This document shows, piece after piece, positions 35,080 to 44,637 of a stretch of 64,000 nt of DNA. The translations under genes were made by a program, and so were the position numbers. The stretch spans positions 288,001 through 352,000 of the forward strand of contig CAXNJO010000006.1 of NCBI GenBank assembly GCA_964202905.1, read 5' to 3'. Source of the DNA: Polyangiales bacterium. Lineage in GTDB: Bacteria; Myxococcota_A; Polyangia; Polyangiales; JADJQN01. The notes under the pieces were generated by a model. The model was not told the origin of the DNA. It did not search any database and saw nothing but the letters and a program-made list of their open reading frames with translations. Positions within the stretch are counted from its first letter, which is position 1. The number at the start of each line of letters is the position of its first letter.

Positions 35080-36411
35080 TCAGAACCAGGTCGTCAGACC
35101 CGCGGTGACCGTCGTCTGGCTGGAGGCCGTCGGGCGATCCTCGCCCTCGGGATCGGGCATCGAGCTCGAACCGCGCGGAACGACGCCCTCGAAGAAGAGC
35201 GGGAAGTCGGCGCGGTCGTGGCGCATCTTGAGGCGTACGGACACGAACTCGACGGGGTGGTAGTCGAGCGTCAGCGTCGCCGAGCCGAGCAGCGTCGAGC
35301 GACTCGTCGGCAGCTCGGCGAGCTCCAGCGTGTCGGCGTGGAAGAGGTTCTCGCCGCCCGCGAAGGTCCGCACCGCGTCGCCACGCGACGCGACCGAGAA
35401 CGTGTCGTGGATGGCGAAGCGCCCCGCGAGCGCGGCACCGAACCAGCCGTCGTTTCCGTCGCGCCCCGGCTCGAGGCCCGCGAAGAGGTGCGCGCGCAGC
35501 GAGAGCGGCGCCGCGACGTGCCACTGCCCGTAGAGGTCGAAGGTGTGTCGCGCATAGGGGCCGCGAGCGTCGCCCGTGTCGCGCTCGTTGCCGACCATGT
35601 AACTGAAGTAGAGGTAGTTCTCCTCGTCGTCGGGGTCGTCGTACTCGAGCGAGACGAGCACCGACTTGCCCGCGTTGTTGTCGGCCACGATCTGATCCCA
35701 GCCGTTGTAGACGCCGGCGCGCGCGGTGAGGCCACCGCCGAGGTCGTAGTTCAGGCGGAAGCCCGCGACCTGGTAGGGCATGAGCGCGAACAGATTGCTG
35801 CTCGACCACTGCCAGTTGAGATAGGCGTTGTTGTACTCGGGGCCGAACGGCACGTTGAACACGCCGCCCTCGAGCGAGAGCGGCTCGAACGGCGTCTGCC
35901 ACGCCGTCGTCGCCTGCTGCATGAGCCGCCAGAGCAGGTTTTGCTCGGGCGTGCGTGGCCCGTCCCAGAACAGCTCGGCGAGCACGCCGAGCTGGAGCTG
36001 CACGGTGCCGGAGACGGACCCTGCGCTCCACTCGGTGGCGAGGAGCGCGCCCTGCAGGCCGACGAGGTCGTGCCGCGTGTCGTACCAGCGCCAGGCGTTG
36101 ACGCGGTTCGAGGGGGCGTTGAGGTTGCAGGCGTACGCGGCCTCGATCGCGCCGTGGAACACGCTCGAGGGCGAGCTGCCCTCCTCGGACTCCTCCGCGC
36201 TGCAGGCGGCTTCACCCTCTTCGGTGATGGCGTCCGACGAGCCGGCAGAAGCGGATTCGGCCGGGTCGGCCGCAGCCTCCACGCCTGCCGCAGCGTCCGT
36301 GGCCGCGTCGCCCGCGGTCGCCGCCGGGTCGGTCGGCGGATCCTGCGCGAGCGCACGGCCGCGTGTGAGTACGACGAACCCGATCACCAGCCGCAGCCAG
36401 CCGTGCTTCAC
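35080..36411 (-). CDS. Outer-membrane beta-barrel porin (BBP2-like)
   Basis: GTG 36411 after GGGAGG; signal peptide; GVFNVPFGPE, NWQWSSSNLF..MPY, VYNGWD, DNNAGKS; C-terminal TTWF (terminal Phe). Confidence 0.8.
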   Translation of the reverse strand: MKHGWLRLVIGFVVLTRGRALAQDPPTDPAATAGDAATDAAAGVEAAADPAESASAGSSDAITEEGEAACSAEESEEGSSPSSVFHGAIEAAYACNLNAPSNRVNAWRWYDTRHDLVGLQGALLATEWSAGSVSGTVQLQLGVLAELFWDGPRTPEQNLLWRLMQQATTAWQTPFEPLSLEGGVFNVPFGPEYNNAYLNWQWSSSNLFALMPYQVAGFRLNYDLGGGLTARAGVYNGWDQIVADNNAGKSVLVSLEYDDPDDEENYLYFSYMVGNERDTGDARGPYARHTFDLYGQWHVAAPLSLRAHLFAGLEPGRDGNDGWFGAALAGRFAIHDTFSVASRGDAVRTFAGGENLFHADTLELAELPTSRSTLLGSATLTLDYHPVEFVSVRLKMRHDRADFPLFFEGVVPRGSSSMPDPEGEDRPTASSQTTVTAGLTTWF

Positions 36412-36503
36412 GCGCGATTCCTCCCACCCGCGGTGCGGATCGGAGGGGCGCACCCATCACGAGGCCGGGCCGCGCCGAACGTGGAAAGTGCGGGGCCGCG
36501 CGC

Positions 36504-37094
36504 TCAGTGACGCGCGAGGTCGACGAGGCCGTGGAAGGCGTCGTGGTAGGTCGAGAGCTTCGCCTCCACGCCGGGGCCCGACGCGCTGCACTCGGCGACG
36601 AGCGCGGCGCAGGTCGTCGTGAGTTGCGTCGCAGCGGTGCGCCACGCGGCGGCGTCGACCCCGGCGGGCGCAGCGGCGGCAGCGAGCGCGCGCGACTCCG
36701 TGTCGAGGCGCGCCGCGTTCGTGCAGGCGAGGCCCGCGCGCGTCGCGCCGGCTTCGGCGTGCCACACGGGCCGGAGCACGTCGTGGAGCGCCGTCAGGCT
36801 CGCGGGCATCTGCGCGTGGTGCCCTTCGCCGTGGTGTCCCTCGCCGTGCCCCTCGCCGTGGTGCTCCTCGCCGTGCCCCTCGCCGTGGTGCTCCTCGCCG
36901 TGGTGCCCTTCGCCGTGCTCGCCGTGCTCGCCTTCGTGTCCGGCGCACGGGCGCTCGCACTGGTCGCCGCAGGGCTGCTCGCCGCCCTCCGAGTGGGCAT
37001 GCTGCTGGCCCTCGTGCTCGTGGTGATCGCCGCCGCCGCAGGCGGGGGCGAAGAGGGCGAGGCACAGCGAGAGGAGCGTCGAGGTGGTCTTCAT
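36504..37094 (-). CDS. His/Glu/Gly-rich lipoprotein with helical C-terminal domain (putative metal binding)
   Basis: ATG 37094 after GGAGG; lipobox APAC; EEHHGEGHG repeats; LHDVLRPVWH...YHDAFHGL. Confidence 0.75.
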   Translation of the reverse strand: MKTTSTLLSLCLALFAPACGGGDHHEHEGQQHAHSEGGEQPCGDQCERPCAGHEGEHGEHGEGHHGEEHHGEGHGEEHHGEGHGEGHHGEGHHAQMPASLTALHDVLRPVWHAEAGATRAGLACTNAARLDTESRALAAAAAPAGVDAAAWRTAATQLTTTCAALVAECSASGPGVEAKLSTYHDAFHGLVDLARH

Positions 37095-37241
37095 CCCGGC
37101 GGATGTCCTCCCCGCTACGGTGCGGCGCAAGGCCGCGCGTGATCGTGCTCACGGCGAGGGCCGGCTTCTCAACCCCGCAGACTCCGGACACGCGGAGAAA
37201 ATCGCTTCTCCCTGCGGACGGGCGCGGGGCACTCTCGCGCC

Positions 37242-39674
37242 ATGCGGCACGTCTCGACGAACACGGTGCTTTGGGCGGTGATCGGGCTCGTCGCCTGTGG
37301 CGGAGGCGGCGCAGCTGCGGATCCCTGCATGAGCAACGCCGACTGTGCGGCGACCGAGGTGTGCCTCGACGGCGTCTGCACCGCGCGGCCTCCGGGCGCC
37401 GACGCTGCCACGGAGGCCGGCCCGCCCGACGGATCGGTGGATGTGGACGCGTGTGCCGCGCCTTGTGGCAGCGCCTGCTGCGGCGCGGCCGAGCGCTGCA
37501 CGTCGGCGGGAATCTGTCTGCCCGATCTCGGGCCCTGCGACGGCGACGGCGCGTGCCTCGACGACAGCTACTGCGTCGAGGGGCGCTGTGCGCCCTACGG
37601 CACGGGACCGCGCGGCGATCGCAACGATCTCTGTCGACGGGCCGTCGTCCCCGGTCGCTTCTCGCCCGTGATCCAGTGTCGCTGGGACGGCCCACCCGGA
37701 GACGATCCGCTGCCACGCTTCCGCGAGGTCGAGTCGACCGCGCTCGTCGTCGACTTCGCGATCGGGCGCGGCGCGGACGAGCCCGTGCGTCCGTCGATCG
37801 TCTTCATCTCGGCGCAGGACTTCGCGTACGGCGACCGTGGCGCGCTGCGGATCATCGATGGGCGCACCTGCGCCGATCAGGGCGTGCTCGCCGCGACGGA
37901 GGACCGCGTGGGCGCCGCGACGACGCCGGCCGTCGGCGACCTCGATGGCGATGGGCGGCCGGAGATCGTGGCGAAGAGCGGGGAGGGCGGCCTCGTCGCG
38001 TTCCGCTACGAGCCGACGCGCGGCGCGTTCGAGCGCCTGTGGTTCTCGCGCGACGCGACGGGGGCGCGCGACCGCTCATTCGGCGCCCGCGCGATCCCGA
38101 GCCTCTCGATCGCGGACCTCGACGACGACGGCACGCCTGAGATCCTTATGGGCGCGGTCGTGTACGCGGCCGACGGCACGCTCCTCGACGCGGCGCAGGG
38201 GCTCCACGACATCGTCTCCTACAGCCAGCCGCCCGTCGTCGCGGACGTCGATCACGACGCGGACGTGGAGCTCGTCACCGGCGACGCGGTGCTCGACTGG
38301 GACCGCGCCGGGCGCCGCTGGGTGCCGCGCTCGTGGGCCGTCTCGCGCACGGACGGCTTCGTCGCCATCGCCGACTTCGGCAGCTTCCCGATGGCAGCGG
38401 GCGACTTCGACGGCGGCCCGGAGATCGCGGTGATCTCGAACGGCACGGCGCGCGTGCAGTCGATCGGCGGAGACCTCGTGTTCGGGCCGATCGCGCTCCC
38501 CGGCGGCTCGCACGGCGGCAACCCGACGATCGCGGACTTCGACGGCGACGGCCGCGCGGAGATCGCGAGCGGCGGACCGGGCAGCCTCACCGTGTTCGAT
38601 CTCGACTGCAGCGCGACGGGCGTGACGGGCGAGTGCGCGGGCCGCGGCACCGACGGCGTGCTCTGGACGCGCGCGGTCCGCGATTTCTCGTCGGGGATCA
38701 ACGGCTCGAGCGTCTTCGATTTCGAGGGCGACGGGCGCGCCGAGGTCGTCTACGCGGACGAGTGCTACTTGCGCGTCTTCGATGGGCGCAGCGGCGATGT
38801 CTTGTGGTCCGCGCCGCGCTCGAGCGGGACGTGGATCGAAGCGCCGATCGTCGCGGACGCCGACGGCGACTACAACGCGGAGATCGTCGTGGGCTCGAAC
38901 TCGGGGCACGGCCCATGTCCGGCCGTCGATCCGCTGCACGCCGGGCTGACCTGCGACGCCGATGCCGATTGCCCGACGGGCGGTCGCTGCGACGCGGGGC
39001 TCTGTCGCTGCACGACCGCCGCCGATTGCGGTGACCCGGACAGCTACGCGTGCACGGCCGCGCTCCCGGGCACCGCCGGCTCGGGCGAGGTGTGCCGCGC
39101 GCAGTTCACGGCGGACATCGTGGGGATCCGCGTGTACGCCGACGCGAGCGACCGCTGGGTCAGCTCGCGCCGCATCTGGAACCAGCACGCGTACGCCGTC
39201 ACCAACGTGCGCGAGGACGGCACGGTCCCGCGGACGAGCGAGGCGCAGCGGAACTGGTCCACGCCCGGCCTCAACGACTTCCGCCGCAACGTGCAGGGCG
39301 ACCTCGTGCCGCTCGCCGGGCCCGACCTCACGATCGGACGCGGCTCCTTCGAGCGCACCTGCACGCCCTCGAGCCCGGTGATTCCCTTGCGGGCCGAGGT
39401 CTGCAACCGCGGGGCCGAGCCGGTCGACAGCGGGATGGTCGCCACCTTCTTCGATGGGGATCCGCGGGCGTCGGGCACCCCGATCTGCAGCGCGACCACG
39501 ACGCGCACGCTCCGGCCCGGGATGTGCGAACCGGTCGCGTGCGACTGGGACCCGGCGCCGACCGAGGGCGTGCGCGAGGTGTATCTCTTCGTCGATCGCG
39601 ACGACGACAACGTCGAGTGCGTCGAGACCAACAACATCGCGCGGATCGCGAGCGTCGGCTGCGTCCTGATCTGA
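37242..39674 (+). CDS. FG-GAP/VCBS beta-propeller lipoprotein with Cys-rich N-terminus and CARDB-like C-terminus
   Basis: Lipobox LVAC; DLDGDGRPEIV, DFDGDGRAEI, FDFEGDG, WNQHAYAVTNV, VCNRG, ECVETNN. Confidence 0.88.
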   Translation: MRHVSTNTVLWAVIGLVACGGGGAAADPCMSNADCAATEVCLDGVCTARPPGADAATEAGPPDGSVDVDACAAPCGSACCGAAERCTSAGICLPDLGPCDGDGACLDDSYCVEGRCAPYGTGPRGDRNDLCRRAVVPGRFSPVIQCRWDGPPGDDPLPRFREVESTALVVDFAIGRGADEPVRPSIVFISAQDFAYGDRGALRIIDGRTCADQGVLAATEDRVGAATTPAVGDLDGDGRPEIVAKSGEGGLVAFRYEPTRGAFERLWFSRDATGARDRSFGARAIPSLSIADLDDDGTPEILMGAVVYAADGTLLDAAQGLHDIVSYSQPPVVADVDHDADVELVTGDAVLDWDRAGRRWVPRSWAVSRTDGFVAIADFGSFPMAAGDFDGGPEIAVISNGTARVQSIGGDLVFGPIALPGGSHGGNPTIADFDGDGRAEIASGGPGSLTVFDLDCSATGVTGECAGRGTDGVLWTRAVRDFSSGINGSSVFDFEGDGRAEVVYADECYLRVFDGRSGDVLWSAPRSSGTWIEAPIVADADGDYNAEIVVGSNSGHGPCPAVDPLHAGLTCDADADCPTGGRCDAGLCRCTTAADCGDPDSYACTAALPGTAGSGEVCRAQFTADIVGIRVYADASDRWVSSRRIWNQHAYAVTNVREDGTVPRTSEAQRNWSTPGLNDFRRNVQGDLVPLAGPDLTIGRGSFERTCTPSSPVIPLRAEVCNRGAEPVDSGMVATFFDGDPRASGTPICSATTTRTLRPGMCEPVACDWDPAPTEGVREVYLFVDRDDDNVECVETNNIARIASVGCVLI

Positions 39675-39749
39675 GGGCGCCCTCGCGCCCCGAACATCCT
39701 GCGCATGACGCTTGACCGCGCAGGACCGGCCGCCGTATCGGTACGCGCC

Positions 39750-40376
39750 ATGAGCACGGAGCCGCTGACCTTTCTCCTCGAGACCTACCCCGCCCACTTC
39801 GCCCGCGGCGTCGCCGCGCTCGCGGCCGATCCCGGGGCCGCGTCGCGCCTCGCCGACATCCGCGCAGCGCGCGGCGCGGTGCAGGTCGTGTTCGAGGGCG
39901 ACGGCGGCGGCGAGGTCTTCCTCGCGGTCGACGCGGGCGTGATGACGGCGTCGCGCACGCGGCCCGCGCTGCCCGTGCGCTTCTGCGTCGCGGCCCCGCA
40001 CGCGGCCGCGCGCGGCGCGCTCGCGATGCTCGAGGAGAGCGGGCGGCTCGAGGACGCCGAGGCGCCCGTCCGCGCCGCGGGGCTGACCTCCGCGCGGATG
40101 GACAAACTCATCGAGAAGGAGCGGCTCGCCTTCCACGTGATCGTGAAGAACGTCCCGGAGCTCGAGACGATCACGATCCGCGTCGGTGTCGGCGTCGACG
40201 CGCCGCCCGAGAAGCCGGGCTTCACCGTCACGCTCGACTACGACGACCTCGAGGACGTCCGCGCGGGTGACCTCACCCCGCAGCAACTCTTCATGACGAA
40301 GCTGAAGATCGTGGGCGACGCCTCGCGCGCGATGACGCTCGCGATGACGATGATGCAGCAGGCCGGCCGCCGCTGA
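39750..40376 (+). CDS. SCP2 (sterol-carrier)-like domain protein
   Basis: C-terminal FTVTLDYDDL...LTPQQLFMTKLKIVGDASRAM matches the SCP2 pattern; the N-half has a similar fold pattern. Confidence 0.7.
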   Translation: MSTEPLTFLLETYPAHFARGVAALAADPGAASRLADIRAARGAVQVVFEGDGGGEVFLAVDAGVMTASRTRPALPVRFCVAAPHAAARGALAMLEESGRLEDAEAPVRAAGLTSARMDKLIEKERLAFHVIVKNVPELETITIRVGVGVDAPPEKPGFTVTLDYDDLEDVRAGDLTPQQLFMTKLKIVGDASRAMTLAMTMMQQAGRR

Positions 40377-40388
40377 CCGCGGAGGCGC

Positions 40389-40835
40389 TCAGCCCGCGCG
40401 GGCCGCGCGGTGCTCGACCATGAGGCAGCGGTCCTGCACGACGAGGATGCCCTCACCCGCGAGCGCCGCCGCGACATCCGCGTGCCGGATTCCGCTCTGC
40501 AGCCACACGCACGCGGGCCGCGCGGCGCGCAGATCGTCGAGGTGCGCGGGCAGATCCTCGGGCCGGCGGAAGACGACGACGATGTCGACCGCCGGGGCGA
40601 TGTCCGCGACGCGCGCGTGCGTCGGCTGACCGAGGATCGCGGCGGGCGGGTCGGGCTGCGTCGGCACCGGGACGATCGCGACGCCCGCGTCGAAGAGGGC
40701 CTTCGGCACGTAGAACGCGGGGCGCGCCGCGTGCGACTCGGGGCGCATGCCGAGCACGGCGACGCGTCGCGCGCCGGCGGCGATGGCGCGGATGCGCGCG
40801 GGGTCCTCGACGAGGAAGTGCGACGGGTCGTTCAT
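40389..40835 (-). CDS. CoA-binding protein (YccU-like)
   Basis: RVAVLG, VDIVVVFRRPE, VWLQSGI, VVQDRCLMVEH. Confidence 0.9.
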   Translation of the reverse strand: MNDPSHFLVEDPARIRAIAAGARRVAVLGMRPESHAARPAFYVPKALFDAGVAIVPVPTQPDPPAAILGQPTHARVADIAPAVDIVVVFRRPEDLPAHLDDLRAARPACVWLQSGIRHADVAAALAGEGILVVQDRCLMVEHRAARAG

Positions 40836-40930
40836 GGGTGGCCGACCGTACCATCACCGACGTGCCCGACACGCCGCGCGGAACGCCGCGCGCGGCTTGC
40901 ACGCGCCCCGTCGCGCCGCATCTTCCGCCG

Positions 40931-41404
40931 ATGTCCGACGCCCTGCTCGACGCGCTCCGTCGCCACCTCGCCGCGCGCCTGCCGGCGCTGTCGCGGCAAG
41001 GGGCGGGGCTCCGCGCGGGCCTCGACACGGTGTATGGCGCGGTCACGCTGCGCCTCGACTGGGACGCCGAGGCCGCGTCGATCCGCGTCGCGGTGCACCT
41101 GCCCCTGCCGGCGGGCGGGGGACACGAGCTGCTCGTGTGGTGCCTCGCGACCAACACGCAGTACTGGGACGTGAAGATCGGCCTCGACGACGACGGACTG
41201 CTCGCCGTGCACGCCGACGTCGATGCCGACGCCCGCGCCGACGTCGCCGCCCTCGCCGAGCGCCTCGCGGACCGCGCCGACACCATCCGCGAGCTGCTCG
41301 ACGACGACCTCGTGCCGCACCTGCTCGAGCGCGGCCTCGGCACGCCGGTGCAGCGCGCCCGGTGGCGCGAGCGCGCGCAGCCCTCGCGGGATACGGCGCC
41401 CTGA
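40931..41404 (+). CDS. YbjN/CesT (type III chaperone-like fold) protein
   Basis: About 157 aa, acidic; IRVAVHLPL...LLVWCLATN.QYWDVKIGLDDDGLLAV pattern. Confidence 0.6.
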   Translation: MSDALLDALRRHLAARLPALSRQGAGLRAGLDTVYGAVTLRLDWDAEAASIRVAVHLPLPAGGGHELLVWCLATNTQYWDVKIGLDDDGLLAVHADVDADARADVAALAERLADRADTIRELLDDDLVPHLLERGLGTPVQRARWRERAQPSRDTAP

Positions 41405-41421
41405 GCGACGGGGGCGCGGCG

Positions 41422-43353
41422 ATGGTCGGCGACGTCCCGAGCGTCGGGGAGGTCGACGCGCTGACGTTCGCGGCGCGCGTCGATCGGCTCGTCGCGCACC
41501 TCGAGCGCGCGCAGGGGATCGGCCAGCGGCGCTGGCTGTCGGAGGCGCTCTCGTCCGCGCTCCGACGCAGCGATCCGGGCGCGCTCACACCGGACCTCGC
41601 CGCGCGCGCCGCCGCGCTCGGCGTGCCTGCGACGCACGACGCGGGGGAGATCGAGCCGCCGCCGCACTCGGTCGTCGTGCCGTGCGCGGCGGGCCCGCTC
41701 GGCCTCGCGCGGCGTGTGCATGCGGGCTTCGATCTCGAGGCCGCCGACGAGGCGGGCGGCTTCGAGGGGACGAGCCGTGACGCGGCGCGTCATGCGCTTC
41801 GCGCGGCGGCACAGCGGATCACGCCGCCGCACCCGATCGCGCGCTACCACCTCGTTCCCTGGCTCCCGGGCTCGCTGGCGTGGGTGACCGTCGACGGAGA
41901 CTCGCTCGGCGCCGCGACCTACGTCTCGGCGGTCGCGCTCTGGAGTGGTCGCGCGGTCCGCGCGGGGACGGCCGTGAGCGCGGCGCTCGTGGGCGCGTCG
42001 GTCGGGCCGGTGGGCGGGCTCGCCGCGAAGGTGGACGCGCTGCTCGCGCGCGCGGACGTCACGCGTCTCGTGGTCGCGGAGGCCGACCGCGCGCAGGTCG
42101 AGTCCCTCGTGCGCGCGGCGGGCGGGCGCCTCGAGGTCGTCGGTGCCGGCTCGACCGACGCGCTGCTCGTGGCGGCGCTCGCCGCGCCGGACGCGGTCGC
42201 GCGCGGGGCGCTGCGCGGGGACGACGTCGACCACGTCGTGTACGAGGCGCGCCGCGCGTTCGCGGGCGGATGGTCGAGCTATCGCTGGCCCGCGCTGCGC
42301 GAGCGGCTCGAGCGCGTCGCGGGGATGATCCCCGCGGGGCGCCCGGACCTCGAGGTCGCCGCGCTGACGATGCTCGGCGCCGCGCGCCGTCACCTCGGCG
42401 CGCCCGAGGAGAGCGCGCGCGTGCTCGCCCGCGCGGAGGCGCTCGCCGCGGCACACGCGGCCGTCGTGCCCGACCCGCCCCTCGTGCACCTGCACGAGCA
42501 CGTCGCCCTCACGCGCGCGATGCTCGGCGACCTGCGCGAGGCGAGGGTCGCGGCGCAGCGAGCCGTGCGCATCGCGGCGCGGGCGCGGCTCTCCGCCGAG
42601 CAGGTGAAGGCGCTCGGCACCCTCGGCCTCGTCGAGCTCGCCGCGGGGCGCTGCGAGGCGGCCGCGGCCGCGCAGGCCCGCGCGCTCGCGCTCGGGCACG
42701 CGGGGCGGCCCGCGCACTGCGCACGCACGTGCGGCTACCTCGCGGAGGCGTGCGGTCGCGCGGGGGATCTCGCCGGCGCGCGCGCCGCGTGGGCGGAGGG
42801 GCGTGCCCACCTCGCGGCGTCTCCCGAGGCCGGTCGCGACGTCCTCGAGGCCTGGCTGCGCGTGAACTTCGGGGCCGCGCTCGTGCGCTGCGGCGCGCCC
42901 GAGGAGGCCGTCGAGACGCTCGCCGTGCCCGTGGTCGCCGCGCAGCTCGAGGGCGGTCCGCTCCCCGGCCTGCTCGCGCGCCGCGCCCTCGGCCTCGCGC
43001 TCGTGCGGCGCCCCGCGTCCTCGCCCGCCGAGATCGCGCGCGGCCTCGAGCTGCTCGCGCAGTCCCCCGCAGCGCACGGGCAGCTCGCGGCGCCGCGGTT
43101 TCTCGCGATGGCGCAGGCCAACGTCCTGCACGAGGCGCGCGCCCGCCTCGCGCTCGGCCGCTGGGAGTCGGACATCGAGGCCCGCGCCGTCCGCGCGCTC
43201 GGCTCGCTCCCGCGCTACGGCCGCGTGTCCACGCGCCTCGCGCCGCTCGCGCTGCGCGTTCACCGTGCGCTCGCCGAGGCCGACGCGCGCCCCGCGCCCC
43301 TCGCGCGCGCGCTCGACACCCTGCTCGCGCGCACCGAGCGGTTCGGGCTCTAG
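41422..43353 (+). CDS. Lon/S16-type protease domain fused to TPR-like helical repeats
   Basis: VDGDSLGAA (Ser codon 41902) ... VGPVGGLAAK (Lys codon 42028), 42 residues apart; no Walker A; downstream TPR-like helices (LTMLGAARRHLG, LGTLGLVELAAG, RVNFGAAL). Confidence 0.72.
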   Translation: MVGDVPSVGEVDALTFAARVDRLVAHLERAQGIGQRRWLSEALSSALRRSDPGALTPDLAARAAALGVPATHDAGEIEPPPHSVVVPCAAGPLGLARRVHAGFDLEAADEAGGFEGTSRDAARHALRAAAQRITPPHPIARYHLVPWLPGSLAWVTVDGDSLGAATYVSAVALWSGRAVRAGTAVSAALVGASVGPVGGLAAKVDALLARADVTRLVVAEADRAQVESLVRAAGGRLEVVGAGSTDALLVAALAAPDAVARGALRGDDVDHVVYEARRAFAGGWSSYRWPALRERLERVAGMIPAGRPDLEVAALTMLGAARRHLGAPEESARVLARAEALAAAHAAVVPDPPLVHLHEHVALTRAMLGDLREARVAAQRAVRIAARARLSAEQVKALGTLGLVELAAGRCEAAAAAQARALALGHAGRPAHCARTCGYLAEACGRAGDLAGARAAWAEGRAHLAASPEAGRDVLEAWLRVNFGAALVRCGAPEEAVETLAVPVVAAQLEGGPLPGLLARRALGLALVRRPASSPAEIARGLELLAQSPAAHGQLAAPRFLAMAQANVLHEARARLALGRWESDIEARAVRALGSLPRYGRVSTRLAPLALRVHRALAEADARPAPLARALDTLLARTERFGL

Positions 43354-43371
43354 CGCAGCGTCGCGTCCGGC

Positions 43372-43488
43372 GCCGGACATCGCAACGAGGTTGCCGTGTC
43401 GCGGCCACGCGCGCCGGACATCGCAAGGAGGTTGCCGTGTCGCGGTCACGCACACCGGACACCGCAAGGAGGTTGCCGTGTCGCGGTC
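43372..43488. repeat. Three tandem 41-bp palindromic units between convergent genes (REP/terminator-like)
   Basis: ccggaca(t/c)cgcaa(c/g)gaggttgccgtgtcgcgg starting at 43372, 43413 and 43454; imperfect inverted repeat GACAYCGCAA/TTGCCGTGTC. Confidence 0.88.
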
Positions 43489-43507
43489 CGCGAGGCGGGC
43501 GGCCGCG

Positions 43508-44569
43508 CTAGAGGCGCATCAGCGCCGAGCCCCAGTGCAGGCCGGCGCCGAGCGCGAGAAAGCAGATGAGCTCGCCCCGCTTCAGGCGGCCCGCGCGGAG
43601 CAGCTCGTCGAGCAGGATCGGGATCGTGGCGCCGCTCGTGTTGCCGTAGCGCGCGATGTTCGAGGGGACCTTCTCCGCGGGGACACCGAGCGCCTCGCGC
43701 ACCGCCTGGTTGATGCGGTCGTTCGCCTGGTGCGCGACGAACCAGTCGACGTCGGCGAGCGCGACGCCGTGCTCGGCGCAGAGCGCGCGCACCACCTGCG
43801 GCAGGCGCGTGACGGCCGTCTTGAAGAGCTCCTTGCCGGCCATGCTGGGGATGTGCTCTTCGCGCTCGAACATCTCGCGCGTCCAGTACGGCCGGCGGCG
43901 AAACCCGCCGCCCTCGATGTAGATGTGCTTCGCGGCGTGGCCGTCGGTGTGCACCTTCACGCCGAGCAGCCCGTGCCCGGGGACCTCGCTGCGCCGCATC
44001 ACGAGCGCGCCCGCGCCGTCGCCGAAGAGGATCGCGAGCGAGCGGTGACGCGTCGCCCGCGCGCGCGCCTCGACGCTCACACGCGAGGGGTCCGCCTCAC
44101 CGAGCAGCACATCCCAGTCGTCCCACGGCATGAAGCCCGCGTGCGCCTCGGCGCCGACGACGAGCAGGGTGCGCGCCGCGCCGCTCGCGGCGAGCCCGTC
44201 CGCGACCTGGAAGGCGAAGGGCATCGCCCCGCACTGCTGCCGGATGTCGAGCGCCGGCACACCCGCGATGCCGAGCTTCGCGCCGAGCAGCCCGCCCGAG
44301 CCCGGGAACACGAAGTCCGGCGTCATCGTGGCGAAGACGATGTAATCGATCTCGGAGGCGGCGACGCCGGCGCTCTCGAGCGCGCGCTCGGCCGCGATCA
44401 CGGCGAGGTCGCTGCAACCGGTGCCCTCCGGCGCGAAGTGACGCTGCCGGATGCCCGTGCGCTTGTAGATCCACTCGTCGTCGGTGTCCATCACGCGCCC
44501 GAGCGCGGCGTTGCCGACGGGGACGCCGGGGGCGTGGCTTCCGGAGCCGAGGATGGTGAGGCCGGGCAT
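43508..44569 (-). CDS. fabH: 3-oxoacyl-ACP synthase III family protein
   Basis: WIYKRTGIRQR, DIRQQCG (Cys), LFGDGAGA, HQANDRI (His), YGNTSGA (Asn). Confidence 0.85.
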   Translation of the reverse strand: MPGLTILGSGSHAPGVPVGNAALGRVMDTDDEWIYKRTGIRQRHFAPEGTGCSDLAVIAAERALESAGVAASEIDYIVFATMTPDFVFPGSGGLLGAKLGIAGVPALDIRQQCGAMPFAFQVADGLAASGAARTLLVVGAEAHAGFMPWDDWDVLLGEADPSRVSVEARARATRHRSLAILFGDGAGALVMRRSEVPGHGLLGVKVHTDGHAAKHIYIEGGGFRRRPYWTREMFEREEHIPSMAGKELFKTAVTRLPQVVRALCAEHGVALADVDWFVAHQANDRINQAVREALGVPAEKVPSNIARYGNTSGATIPILLDELLRAGRLKRGELICFLALGAGLHWGSALMRL

Positions 44570-44637
44570 GGGCGGCCGACCCTAGCAGAGGGGGGCGGCG
44601 ATTGCCCTGCGCGGGGGCGGCCCGCATGCTCGCCCGC

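Noticed and set aside
43372..43488. 41-bp repeats as a CRISPR array
   Set aside because: The units are directly tandem with no unique spacers, there are only three copies, and no cas genes are present.
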